Shown here piece after piece: positions 13,435 through 24,618 of a stretch of 64,000 nt of DNA. The notes beneath the pieces are model-generated. The model worked only from the letters and a program-made list of their open reading frames with translations. It was not told where the DNA came from and searched no databases. Where the stretch lies: NCBI GenBank assembly GCA_964234715.1, contig OZ174290.1. One strand, given 5' to 3'. Both the position numbers and the translations under genes were made by a program. How positions within the stretch are numbered: the first letter of the stretch is position 1; every line of letters begins with the position of its first letter. The stretch is from Podarcis melisellensis (lineage: Eukaryota).

Positions 13435-14421
13435 TTATTGATTATTGTTACAGTCTCAAGACACCATTAACCCCCCCAAAAAAACTATGTCTTAAAGTAT
13501 GTGGCACTTTGTCATCAACCTGGCATTCTTAACAGTTCAAAGATTTGTAAAATCTACCCAGAAATGAAAGCTTTTTTTGGGGGGGGGGCACAAAATGATA
13601 TCCAACACTGCTCTGTCTGTCTACTTTGTGTCTTTTACTCACCCAAATAAGACCTGGCAAAGCCTTTTCCAAACGTTTTGTAGCAATTATCTTTTCATCT
13701 GCTCTAATGTTTTAAGTTAACTCTAAATATAGTAATAGATTAGCCGGATGAGTCTAGGCAGACTGTTGCCATTAAGATCTTTAGCACTGTAAGCTGGTAA
13801 ACTCCCTAAGAGGAACAAAAACAATTCTTATTTAAATCACTGTCCTTGGCTAGGTGGATACCATCTACATCCTCTTTGAACTGACAAAAGGAATATTAGC
13901 AAATTCACTTTCTGAACAATGCAAGTATATAAGAAATTGGGGGTGAGGTCCTTAGGAATATATCATTTCTACATGCACAGCATATCCACAAATAATGCAA
14001 ATACAGAAAAAGTTATTGAAGCAAACAAGAAGCAAGGATCATAATTTGTTAATTACATGTCCTCTTGGCCCATATACATTATCTGTTATAAGGCCAAGTT
14101 CTTAGACACCTGGGAGATTTTAATTTGAGGAGCTGAGGATCAAGTCTGAGCATTTAGCCCCTCTACACTGGAAGATCCACAAGCCTTTTTTTTATTATAC
14201 CATTTTGAACCTAAAACTTCATATATAAGGCTTGGCGCCAAACTAAATGTGATTACTAAACGAGAACTAATCAAGAATCTCCTGTAGGTTAAAAACCCAC
14301 ACTGATTAGCAGGGGTAGGTGACAGCTGTGTTAGCATGTAAGCATGTGTGAGTGACAGAATATGAATCTGATCAGTATCTTGGCATCAAAGGTGATGCCA
14401 CCAAGCAATTTTGTTGCTTAA

Positions 14422-14422
<1 letters not shown>

Positions 14423-14459
<37 letters not shown>
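14423..14459. repeat. (CA)n microsatellite
   Basis: About 18 CA units, seen directly. Confidence 0.95.
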
Positions 14460-14460
<1 letters not shown>

Positions 14461-15320
14461 AACACCACCAAAGGTGGAAGGAGTGGAAAGATAAACGGTT
14501 TATCTTCAGCTGCTATTGAGTTTTTAGAAGACAGCAAGAGATCCTGATCACAGACTTCTCGCGTCATACGCAGTTGAGGCTTTAAAGGTCAGCAGTGAAC
14601 AAAAGCCAATTCTTGGCAATGATCTTAACCAGAAGCATCTTATGAACCCAAGATAACCTGCTGCCGAAAACATCTAAAATATAGCCAGAGTACCAACAGT
14701 AATGGGTCACTGCCCAAGTAACGTATCATAGACTGCAAAGCCAGGCAACTACAGACTTATGCTCTGTTATACAATATGAACTAAATACCACCCCTTTATT
14801 CCATACAGTATTGAAAATCAGAATACTCTTTGGTCATAAGCAAGCATTAAAAGGGTTAAAAAAAGGAATCTACACTTTGACCATAACACTTTAAAACCAT
14901 TGATAATGTAACTAACTCCACTCTGCATGTGCTTCAAGGCACAGTCACACGTTTTAAAACTATTATGTCAGCAACAATGCATTACAAAATCATTTATCTG
15001 CAGCCATTTTGTGGAAACTCTCCTACACATTTTCAGTAGATAAGGGGGGAGTGGTGCACTCTAAACCCTTACCGATGGGATTATTCATTCATGTTATCTA
15101 AAGATGACCACAAATACTTACACTCACACCCACCTCCCTAACTCCCCCTCTGATCAGCAACCACTTGCCATATGGGCTATGACAGCTGGCCTACCTACCA
15201 CCTTTCCAGAGGCCAGAAAGCTCAAAGATTAAGAAATTCAAAAGCAGCAGGCATTTTTATAGGCTGGAGTCAAATCAACACCTACCTCATTTAAGACTGT
15301 TTATTTAGTGTTTAGGATAC

Positions 15321-15376
15321 ATTTCTTCAAAGTAGTCAATGTGTGGTGGCTGGAGTATGTCGAGAGCAGAGAGCAC
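15321..15376 (-). CDS. NLK: Nemo-like kinase, coding exon 3 (56 nt), absent from the ORF track
   Basis: Minus strand reads cccttgttttgtag|GTG CTC TCT GCT CTC GAC ATA CTC CAG CCA CCA CAC ATT GAC TAC TTT GAA GAA AT|gtatcct = VLSALDILQPPHIDYFEE(I). It continues in phase 0 from exon 2. Confidence 0.96.
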
Positions 15377-15844
15377 CTACAAAACAAGGGGGAAGCTGAT
15401 TTGGTTACGTGTAATACACCAGAAATCCTCACTTTAGAGAAGCAACTGTGAAATCAAAGACAAGGCTTTCTTTTCAACTCACAACTATGCTGCCCCCACC
15501 TTTAGTTGAGGGGAGAGATGCAAAATTGAGAGGTCTTCACAAAGAAAAAGGGCACTACTGATGTCTGATCAAAGAAAAAAATTGCAGAACTGACGTATCC
15601 AGAAAATGATGGTCCTTGTACTGCTATGTATGTCATAATCCTTTATGTCTGCTTTATTCAGATTTTCTCAACCCACAGACTATATGCACAATATCTTTGC
15701 TCATAACTTCTTAGGCAAGGTCTTCTCCAAAGTCTGCAACTTTATTACACTTAAGTATTTGCAACTTAACTTCCTCCTCTTTGCAACAAATTTACTTCAT
15801 TTTATTTTCATATCCCACCTTTCCTCCAAATGAGAACAAGGTAG

Positions 15845-16190
15845 TTTCATGGGGACACGGGAAAGGGCCTTCTTGGTGTCTCCTCCAAAATTCTCCCTGC
15901 CTAGAAAAGCTAGATGGGCTCCCTCCTGGTCCTTCTGCTGGCAGGTGAAGATCTTGTTCCCAACAGGATTTTGGGAACTGACTGCTTTTAATAAACACCA
16001 TGCTGTTTTTATTGTAATTATTTGTATGTTTTAACAGATTTTATACATGTACATAGTTTTAATTCTAGTAACAATTTTTTATGATTAGTTTTTCCATGTT
16101 TTTAGCGATTGTTGGTTTTATCTGTTTTTATCTGTAAGCTGCCTTGAGTCCCATCAGAGGAAAAAAGGGTATAAACAACAACAACAAAAA
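15845..16190 (+). mobile_element. L2-like LINE 3' end
   Basis: gggaaagggccttcttggtg (R-AFS-like), AT-rich UTR, tgtaagctgccttgag...gggtataaa terminal motif and (caa)n tail. Confidence 0.65.
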
Positions 16191-16199
16191 GCAGCAATG

Positions 16200-16945
16200 T
16201 ACATGGTAATGAAAAAAATATAATATATAATAAAACCATAAATCCATTACAACTCCAATCAGCATTAAAATCATCAGGTTTCAAGGACCTGGATAAATAT
16301 TTCGACCTGTCATCTAAATACCTCTAATGTGGAGGATAGTCATCTCTCAATCAGGAGGAAGTGCCTTAAATTGGGTGCCACCACCAAAAATGCCCCATCT
16401 TTTATGACTGTCCTGCCCACCACACTAGCTGGCGGGGACACAAGCAGGGACTTCCAGACAGATCTTAGGGCTTGGAAAACCAGGTACGAGAGAAGGTGTC
16501 CTGCCAAGTATTTAGGTCCCAGGCCATCTAGGATTTTACAGACTGAAGTCAACCCCTTGTGTTGGGCCTGGTAGCTTACTAGCTGTCAGTGCAGTGCCTT
16601 CAGAGATATGACCCTGTAGGGCTGCACCCACTAACTAGCAGGCAGCAGAATCTTGCAGCAGCTGCTTTCGGGGGAAGTGCCACATGGAATGCACTGTACT
16701 GTAATATGGGGAATCTATGGAAAGTTATCAGAGCATAGATGGCTGATACTGGTCTGGGAATGGCTGTAGCTGACAAACAAACTGTAGATGGGCACAGGTG
16801 CTCCTCACCATTGTGGTAGCTTGGCCTCCAGTGGCAGCTTGGACTACAAACCTGCTCTTCCCAGAGAGTGCTATTCCACCTGAACTGAATACAGCAGGTA
16901 TTCCGGTGAGTTCTGTTGGTCCTTATAGTAAGGCATTTGAATACC
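16200..16945 (-). mobile_element. L2-like LINE ORF2 3' fragment
   Basis: Minus-strand translations KILDGLGPKYL...LRS...GAFLVVAP and LQ....AAAR.L..C are typical of the L2 ORF2 C-terminus. Confidence 0.7.
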
Positions 16946-18151
16946 ATTTGGGGTTACCAGATTATTTCTAGTTATGCTCCCTCCATTTGAAAAGACTACT
17001 GTGATGATGCCTACTTTTGGGAATGAATGAATGCAAGCATTCTTTGCACAGATTAAAATATCACAAAGCTAGGAGATTTCAGGAAGAATGCTGAAGGTTT
17101 GCAAAGCCCTTGGAGTAAGGAATAATGGCCTGCCAGACGTTCACTCCCTATTTCTTCTCCACCATGATTAACCAGTTTGTCAACAAAAAAAATGTTTTCC
17201 GTTTAGGTGGTAATCCTAGTCAGTCTCGGTCATGATTGATGTGGTGACAGCAAGCTCTTGATCTCAGCTAGTGTGTGTTGAGGGTGCATGTTGCCAAGGA
17301 GTGGCTCCACATGTGTCAACTGTGATTCACAGAGCACCACAGCTGTATCTACACCAGCTCTTACATCTGGCACTCTCACTCGACACAAATGAAGTGTACA
17401 AGTTCTCTATGGCAATTGCACAGATATAAGAGGTTGCTTTTCACTAATGGGTAGTGCATTTTGTGAAAGCTTGTAGGAGAGAAAACTTCTGTTTGGTTAT
17501 GCTCTGCATTATTAATGTAAACAATCACACTATACCAATCTCCTCCCATCCCTGTCTATAAGTGGCAGTTGATGATACAATAAAATAAGAATATGTGCAG
17601 AGCTTTACAAGCTAAGGTTTGCAGGAAATGCAGCTCGCCCGCCCCCCAAAATAAGGCATCTCCATGTTAATAGTGTTTTTATTTCTATAGGTTCCTATGA
17701 TTTCTATTACACCAAAAGTCTGGAATGTATTGCTGAAGTCTCTGGTCCCCCTTTTTGTCTCTTGATTTAATGTATTTAACCTATTTTCTGTAGTGACTTT
17801 GTTCATGCTCGATTTTGCATTTAACAAATAAACAAGAAGGTAAAAAGTTTTAAACACAGTCCCTACTGGTTAAAAAGTTAACAAAAATATCTCCACTGGT
17901 AACATAATTAGGCACCTTGCTCAGAAAAAGCTTAAAGTAATGATTTCAGAGTCATTACCGAGACACTAATATTGGCTTTATTCTTCTCCTAAAGGTGGGA
18001 GAGAAGAGACTGGGTGTGATATGCCATTTGCACACTTCATTGGGGGCATCTGCTACTTGCCATAAATGAGGAAGCCGGTCAAGTCTAATTCAACTGCTTT
18101 TAGCCTAATAGCGAAGGCGTGACCATAGTCCTTAAAAGAAACCTGCCTCAT

Positions 18152-18338
18152 TGGGGCGGAGGGGGCGGGTCACCCCGGGTGTCACCACTGTGAGGGGTGA
18201 CAAAATGCTGGGTGACACTCACCGCGGGGCCTGCAGCACGCCCGAGCCACGGGGAGAGATGCGGTGGCTTGGATGCACGCAAGCTCCACACTGCCCAAAC
18301 AGTCCACCCAGGCGCCCAAGCAGCTTCCTCTGCCGCTG
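18152..18338. mobile_element. GC-rich non-autonomous DNA element (hAT-like) next to the exon 2 donor
   Basis: Flanked by the direct repeat tgcctcat (18144-18151, 18339-18346). Imperfect TIRs tggggcggagg / cctctgccgctg. Sharp GC jump relative to the flanks. Confidence 0.75.
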
Positions 18339-18400
18339 TGCCTCATTCGTATTTGAATTTTGTATTGAAGTTCATGCAAAGCAAGCTGCAGGCCACTTAC

Positions 18401-18530
18401 ATTGTCATGCTTAAAAAAACACAACATCTTCAATTCACGGAAGACCCTTTTGCAAGAGACCAGATTTTGGAAGACGTTGGGCATCTTTTTGAGTGCAACT
18501 CTCTTTCCATCTCGCGGATCTGTTACTGAC
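18401..18530 (-). CDS. NLK: Nemo-like kinase, internal coding exon (exon 2 by human numbering; kinase subdomains II-IV)
   Basis: Minus strand reads tcttctcctcttcttcag|G TCA GTA ACA GAT CCG ... CAT GAC AAT|gtaagt. The exon is 130 nt and encodes SVTDPRDGKRVALKKMPNVFQNLVSCKRVFRELKMLCFFKHDN, which I recognise as NLK (VALKK catalytic Lys, helix-C RE). It has a canonical AG acceptor with a pyrimidine tract and a GTAAGT donor. Confidence 0.97.
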
Positions 18531-19485
18531 CTGAAGAAGAGGAGAAGAAGATTAAGCATATAATCTGACTTTAAACAAAGTTCTTTCATTCCACCCCAAG
18601 AATACCTATGCTAAAAAAAAACAAAAAACAAGATGAATCTGGATGCTCAAAGCAGAAAATCAAGAGAGGCATGTAGAATTCTTAAACAAGTCTCGCTGCA
18701 TTTTATTCTGTATACAAAGTGAATTCAATCCACGCTTCAGGCAACTCTGCATGTTATTCAGCAATGAGATTACTATGCATTCAAGTCCTCGCGTCTTCCA
18801 TCAGTAAAACTATTCACCTCAACTGTACACTACTATTTAATGTCTGGTCAATAAATGGCAGTATGTGATCACTTACATTTTCTTCTCTTTAATTACTCTA
18901 TTAGTTCTAGGACACCTTTCCCATTACAAGACCTTTCAATATTAAATTGCCACAGTACATTGCTTTTCAACATTGCCTGCTAACAAGATTAATTTTGTAT
19001 GGAACTATTGAAAAAAGTTGCTCCCTTGGCATCAAATTAGACCATAGTGCATATCTTCTGGTGGGGTGTTCTACATGCAGTTTCTGGCCTGCATTGTGAG
19101 GGAGGGCCAGGGGGAGACACTGAATCCCTTGTCTTCCTTGATACTTCATGGCAGCTAATGTCCCCCCATGCAAAACACAGTAAAATCCTACCTATCTGCA
19201 ATGATTACAAAATATTTCAGGAAGAGGATAGACACTAATATATGGCTTGCTACTTCCAAGAACTCTATGAAATGGCCCAAGACAAGAAAGCCACCCAACT
19301 CCTAATTCAGGCTAGCTATGCTGGAACATAGGAAGCTGCTTTACACCAAGTCCATCTAGCTCAGTCCAGTGTGATACTTTTCTGCAGGAAAAAAAATCTA
19401 TTTTGTAAGTTCATTATTAACAATGAACAACATCAACTTCAAATACAGTGTTAGACAAGATCCTAAATTACACCACTCTCTAGGG

Positions 19486-19609
19486 CAGGTTTTCCAAACT
19501 TGGGCCTTCAGCTGTTTTTGGACTACAGCTCCCATCATCTCTACTTAGGAGAACCAGTGGGAATTGTAGTCCAAATATAGCTTGAGACCCCAGTTTTTGG
19601 GAAAAACTG
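19486..19609. mobile_element. hAT-type MITE, same family as 269-404
   Basis: CAG...CTG ends, ggactaca/tgtagtcc inverted core, perfect 8-bp TSD ctctaggg. Confidence 0.88.
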
Positions 19610-19764
19610 CTCTAGGGCATCAGAAAATTTTCCGACGAAGGCTGAAAATTTTCCAAAATGACTACCTTAATTTGCACAGGAAAATTTCCCAGAAAACCCA
19701 CACCCCTGAGCTTGGGTACTGTCCACAGTGATTGGCAGCAGTTCTCCAGGGTTTCTGGTAAGAG

Positions 19765-20020
19765 CAGGGGTCAGCAAACTTTTTTGGCAGGAGGCCGGTC
19801 CACTGTCCCTCAGACCTTGTGGGGGGCTGGACTATATTTGGGGTGGGGTGGGGGAATGAACGAATTCCTATGCCCCACAAATAACCCAGAGATACATTTT
19901 AAATAAAAGGACACATTCTACTTATGTAAAAACACTCTTGATTCCTGGACCGTCCGGGGGCCAGATTGAGAAGGCGACTGGGCCAGATACTGCCTCCATG
20001 CCTTAGTTTGCCTACCCATG
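19765..20020. mobile_element. hAT (Charlie/OC1-like) MITE nested in an older tRNA-SINE fragment
   Basis: TIRs CAGGGGTCAGCAAACT / AGTTTGCCTACCCATG, perfect 8-bp TSD ggtaagag. The flanks (about 19715-19764 and 20021-20085) join into one minus-strand SINE remnant. Confidence 0.88.
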
Positions 20021-21254
20021 GGTAAGAGTCTGGAGAGGCAGAGGATAGAACCTGGGATTTCCTGCCAGCAAAGCCTGTGCTTTATAAATATTGAAAAAAA
20101 CAGCAGTTTGCTCCTATGTGTACCAAAGATGAGACACGCACAAATGTCAGCAAGTGCCACATTTTATACTCAGGTTCCCCCTTGATAACCAAATCCGGAT
20201 GTGAATATATTTGCATATGAAAACTGATTCAGAAGCATGCCTTTTCATCCAGGTATCTAGAAGCTAATGCTTAACACATTTGAAATATTTTTCTCTCCAA
20301 AAATCTGAGGGCTAGCTTCCCCAAAAGTTTTTTGTAATACTTCTCCACCAATATACAGATGTAGATTAGCAATTTGTGTGCAGCAAGTGCCATACTCGAA
20401 GTTATGAAAAACTCCAAGCTCTACAAAGAATAGTTATGTACTGATGAAAGAAGGCATCTGACTACTTAAACTGGGATAATTTCAACATGTGAGAACTAGT
20501 GCCTGTACTTTCTAAATAGCAGTTCCATGTTTAAACAGTAACTTAACACACTTTCCCCCCAAAATGGTTTAATGTTGGGGTTATCTTACATAAATGAAGT
20601 TATTTCTTTAAAACAAACAAGCACAAAATCACTCTTCTTTTAAATTTTGAACAGACACAAAACCTGCTCCCCAAATATAGGGCTGTAGTTTGTTAATATT
20701 GTAAAGTTAACACAAAATCACAAAGCAACATTTCTTTTAATTATTCATTCTAAGACCAACCATGCTTGTAGCTGGAGCAATATAACCTAATGAATGTGAA
20801 TGGCAGTGCAGTAATTTCATGCCATGTTGAGCTTGTTCTCTCTTAACTCGGGGTAGCAGCTGCTTTGGTTCAGCACAAATAGTACCAGAAAACAGATAAG
20901 TGCTGAAGCCTGTTACACAGGAATGCTTTTATTTTCTTTGTTGCTGAAAAGGCTTGCTGTGCTGAGCTCTTCGGCCAGTTATCTCCATCTGTATGAGCTA
21001 ATGAGTTACAGGCGGTAAAGATAACAGCCAGTTCTGACAGCACCTTTCACTGCCTCATTTTTGAAAGAGGTCATTCTAACAAGTCTAAACAGGGCAGTTT
21101 CTTTAAAAGTTAAAGAGTTCTACAACATAAATGTGACTATTAGACTGCTAATAATACCAGACTGTGCGTCTTATGAGGGAGGGGGGACAGAGAGAAGAAA
21201 ATGACTGACTTTTTAGAGCACAGAAAATTAATTTGAGCAGCACTCAAGGGGCAA

Positions 21255-21335
21255 AAAAGTAACATGACTCCTGAAAGGCTAATTGGTTTGCAGTGGCATG
21301 AGCTTTTGTAGGCAAGAGGCTGAATCATCATATGC
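21255..21335 (-). mobile_element. Penelope-like element terminal-repeat remnant with decayed hammerhead motif
   Basis: Minus strand gcat-atgatga-ttcagcctcttgcctac-aaaa-gc-tc-atgc then cactgcaaaccaattagcctttcagg, resembling reptile Penelope ends. Confidence 0.5.
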
Positions 21336-22315
21336 TCATATATCTGCCATGACACACTGAAGCCTACGGAAGCTCAGGCTACATGACTATTTATACAGCA
21401 TTATCAATTGGCCTTTTACAGAATAACATAAGCAAAAGGTCAGACTCAGGCCCCTGTACAGAAGACTCTACAATATGAATTTTGACAGAGAAGAGGAAAG
21501 ATAACAGAAGTAGTGGGACAAAGGCACTGGTGAAGTATACGTGCCAATTTCAAACCAAAACATTCCTGGGGAAAGGTGGGTTTTGAGGTTTTTAACTATA
21601 CATTTCAGAATACTAGTCATGATGTTCTGCAGCAGCAAGAAAGCCAAGGGCTGCAACACATTAAGTTAAATCTTGATCACAATCCCACCTGTTTCAGGCT
21701 TCTGAGACGGGTAAAACTGTGGGGAAAATAGGGATGATGAGATGGGAATAACCTGTTTATTTATTTATTTATGAAAAATATTATGAAGAGCAATTTTTGC
21801 AATCATATCACACCTTTCAGCAAATAGCATTCCCTTTGTTCCCGTCAGAGTTCCCTCTGCTCTCCCTCCTACATTTCAACACCATATGTATTAAACATTT
21901 TAACTACAGTGTTTAACTATACACAGTAAAATTAGGACATAGTATCAAAAGATTAATCTTCTTAGTATAAGCTCCTCATCATGATGTGAATATAAAAATG
22001 TTACAAAAGAAACCTGCTGTGCCATAAACATGCAGGTGTGAAGAGGAATACAACAAAAAGGAATAAGGAACAGCGTCCACAAAGAAATCACACTCACATT
22101 GACCTACATAAGAAAGGCTAAAGCAGTGAGAGAGACAGGGAGAATGTTCATCTAGTTGCTGCAAAACACATTAGTTGAAAACTAAAGGAGGAGGAGTTCA
22201 CAACAGACCATAAGGCATGCAGATTCTTAGACTTAAGCAATGTGCCTGAGCACCAGCTTCCTATTTAGAGTTCTAGGATGTTTCAAAGCTTGCTTTACGC
22301 AGATGCAGACACATA

Positions 22316-22493
22316 CCATATTTACGCAAATCTAATGCGCTATTGAATCTAATGCACACCTTGATTTTCAAAAGGTTGAAACCAAAAAAATATTTGCTGG
22401 CGAATATAAATGCGCCATAAAATCTAATGTACACCCTAATTTTTGTAACATAATTTGGCCAAAAAAGTGTGCATTGCATTCAAGTAAATACGG
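22316..22493. mobile_element. Tc1/mariner-superfamily (pogo/Tc2-like) MITE
   Basis: TIRs CCATATTTACGCAAATCTAATGCGC / GTGCATTGCATTCAAGTAAATACGG, TA on both sides, repeated aatctaatgc motif. Confidence 0.85.
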
Positions 22494-23905
22494 TATGTGT
22501 GACTACATGGAAGCCATAAATAACTATTTGTTCATTGTATGCCAAACTGGTTACTGAGCCTATATTTAACTGAGCAGAAAGCATGAGAGAGAAAAATGCA
22601 GTGTTTTGATTCCATAGCCCCACAAAAGGAGTGGTGGGACCTTTTTCTCTGCCCATAATTTAGAAACATGAAGTCTAAAAATACTTTTGGAGCTCCAAAT
22701 TTTATAAAGTCAGAAAAAGAACCTTATATTAAGGCAAAAGTATGGAAAATAGTTCTTATAAACCACCTTGGCAAAGTTTCTCAAGTATTCTGGGTTTTAC
22801 TGTTTTCCAAACAGTAAAATTATAATTCTGTAGAAATAATAAGCATTTGGAAAGCTCCAAAATCCATACTCAGAAAACAAGTTTTTTTATTTTTGTTTTT
22901 AAAGTTGATGGTAGATACAGTGTCTTGCATATTGATAAGAATTCCAATGCTTAGTAAAGTGAGAGAGTTTTTGGCTCCAGGGGCCTGCAGGCCAACTATG
23001 ACAAGGTGGTGGGCAGGGCAACCCACCTCCAATTCTTTCATCCTGCAACATTGGGGGTTGAAAGGGGAAGCGTGTGAAAGGGCTTTGCAATCCTCCCTGC
23101 GTGGCTCTTTCCACCTCCTATAGAAACTGCTTCCCTTTAACCAAGCCACATTCCCAACACCCATCAACTGAATAACTGGGAACCTACTTTAAGCTCCCCA
23201 ATGTTCCATTGAAGCCCCCCACTTACCCACCCCACACCTGGGGTGTTATGTAGGATGTTAGGTAAGGCAGATGGGCATGGCTCCCCCCACCCAAAAGTGC
23301 AAAGGTCTGGTGGGCCATGCTTGTCCTGAAGAAGGCCAGAAGTTTCCCATCCTTGAATGAGATCTAACAAAGTAGATAATCCATTCCACCAATGCAGACC
23401 AGTCAGTATGCCCATTTATGAAGTATTCAGGCTATTTATCAGCCACTTCTGAGCTGTTGGGAACCAGAGCCACTTTCCTGTGTTCAGTGTTGATAATTCT
23501 TGCAGCTAACAAACTTTTCAGTAACTTCACATAACATCCCAAGTCTTCTTCCACGGCATATAAGAGCAAGGTTCATTTACCTGTTACTTGAAAGGTTACT
23601 TCTGTAATTTATCAATCTCTGAGTACAAGAGCACCACATATAAAGAAAACCTCACATTATCATTGTCACATTTCCTTCGTCTGAAAGTTCAATGAGAGCA
23701 CAGAAAGGAAACCAAATATGCCTCCTCTAGAGGACATACGGTACATGATAATATCCTTGTTTATTCTGGCTTCATCTCCTCATTTAGATACATACATTGC
23801 TACCTTTAGAATCACATGCAACCAGTAAGCATGGACTGGAGGAATGAGGAGAAATATTTACCTAATATCATATCAACCTTATTTGACCAACAGTAATAAC
23901 AGTGA

Positions 23906-24267
23906 GGGATGCAGGTGGCGCTGTGGGTAAAACCTCAGCACTTAGGACTTGCCGATCGCATGGTCGGTGGTTCAAATCCCGTGGCGGGGTGAGCTCCCAT
24001 CGTTTGATCCCAGCTCCTGCCCACCTAGCAGTTCGAAAGCACTCTTAAGTGCAAGTAGATAAATAGGTACTGCTTTATAGCAGGAAGGTAAACGGCGTTT
24101 CCGTGTGCTGCTCTGGTGCCGGTTCGCCGGAGCAGCGTCGTCACCCTCACCACGTGACCCGGAAGTGTCTGCGGACAGCGCTGGCTCCCGGCCTCTAGAG
24201 TGAGATGAGCGCACAACCCTAGAGTCTGTCAAGACTGGCCCGTATGGGCAGGCGTACCTTTACCTTT
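23906..24267 (+). mobile_element. Sauria SINE (Squam1/POM-type), full length
   Basis: tRNA-like head (gtggcgctgtggg A box, ggttcaaatccc B box), (accttt)n tail, 12-bp TSD taataacagtga. Confidence 0.93.
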
Positions 24268-24618
24268 TAATAACAGTGATTAATTAGCTGTTAAATCATC
24301 TATCAGTGCTAAGCTATCTTGAGGAGGGGCTGCCCATCTAGTATCATTCAAGAAAAAAATACTACCTCCAACATAAGCAGTAGGCATAAACTATTAATGC
24401 ATTTCAATATGCATGTAACTGCAGCTTTCACTAAGGCATGCAAGGCTGAAGAGTATCAGCATGGTCTAATTACTGCACAAAGTTCAATTTGTCTTCAGCA
24501 GATAAGCAATCACATTTGGGAGTAGCAATTTCTCTTTTGTCTTGGTAGTTTAACAGCCAGTGAGTAACGTAAGTAGTGCACTCCCAGGAATAACTACTAT
24601 GTGCCAAATTTCGCAGTA

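Larger units (their letters stand above)
25..15320 (-). other. NLK: NLK intron 3: GT-AG U12-type (minor spliceosome) intron, 15,296 nt
   Basis: 5' end GTATCCTAAA (15320-15311). Branch sequence TTTCCTTAAT at 48-39. Purine-rich spacer GAGTGCAATTG then AAG acceptor, with no polypyrimidine tract. Confidence 0.9.
15377..18400 (-). other. NLK: NLK intron 2 (U2-type, 3,024 nt, phase 0)
   Basis: GTAAGT donor and TTGTTTTGTAG acceptor. Confidence 0.93.

Noticed and set aside
17001-17095. C/D-box snoRNA-like GTGATGA...CTGA spacing
   Set aside because: It is on the strand opposite to NLK, with no terminal stem and no recognisable rRNA guide.
18182-18589. 135-aa ORF as a single-exon kinase
   Set aside because: Only 18401-18530 is NLK-like and bounded by splice sites. 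The rest is intron and a transposon insertion.
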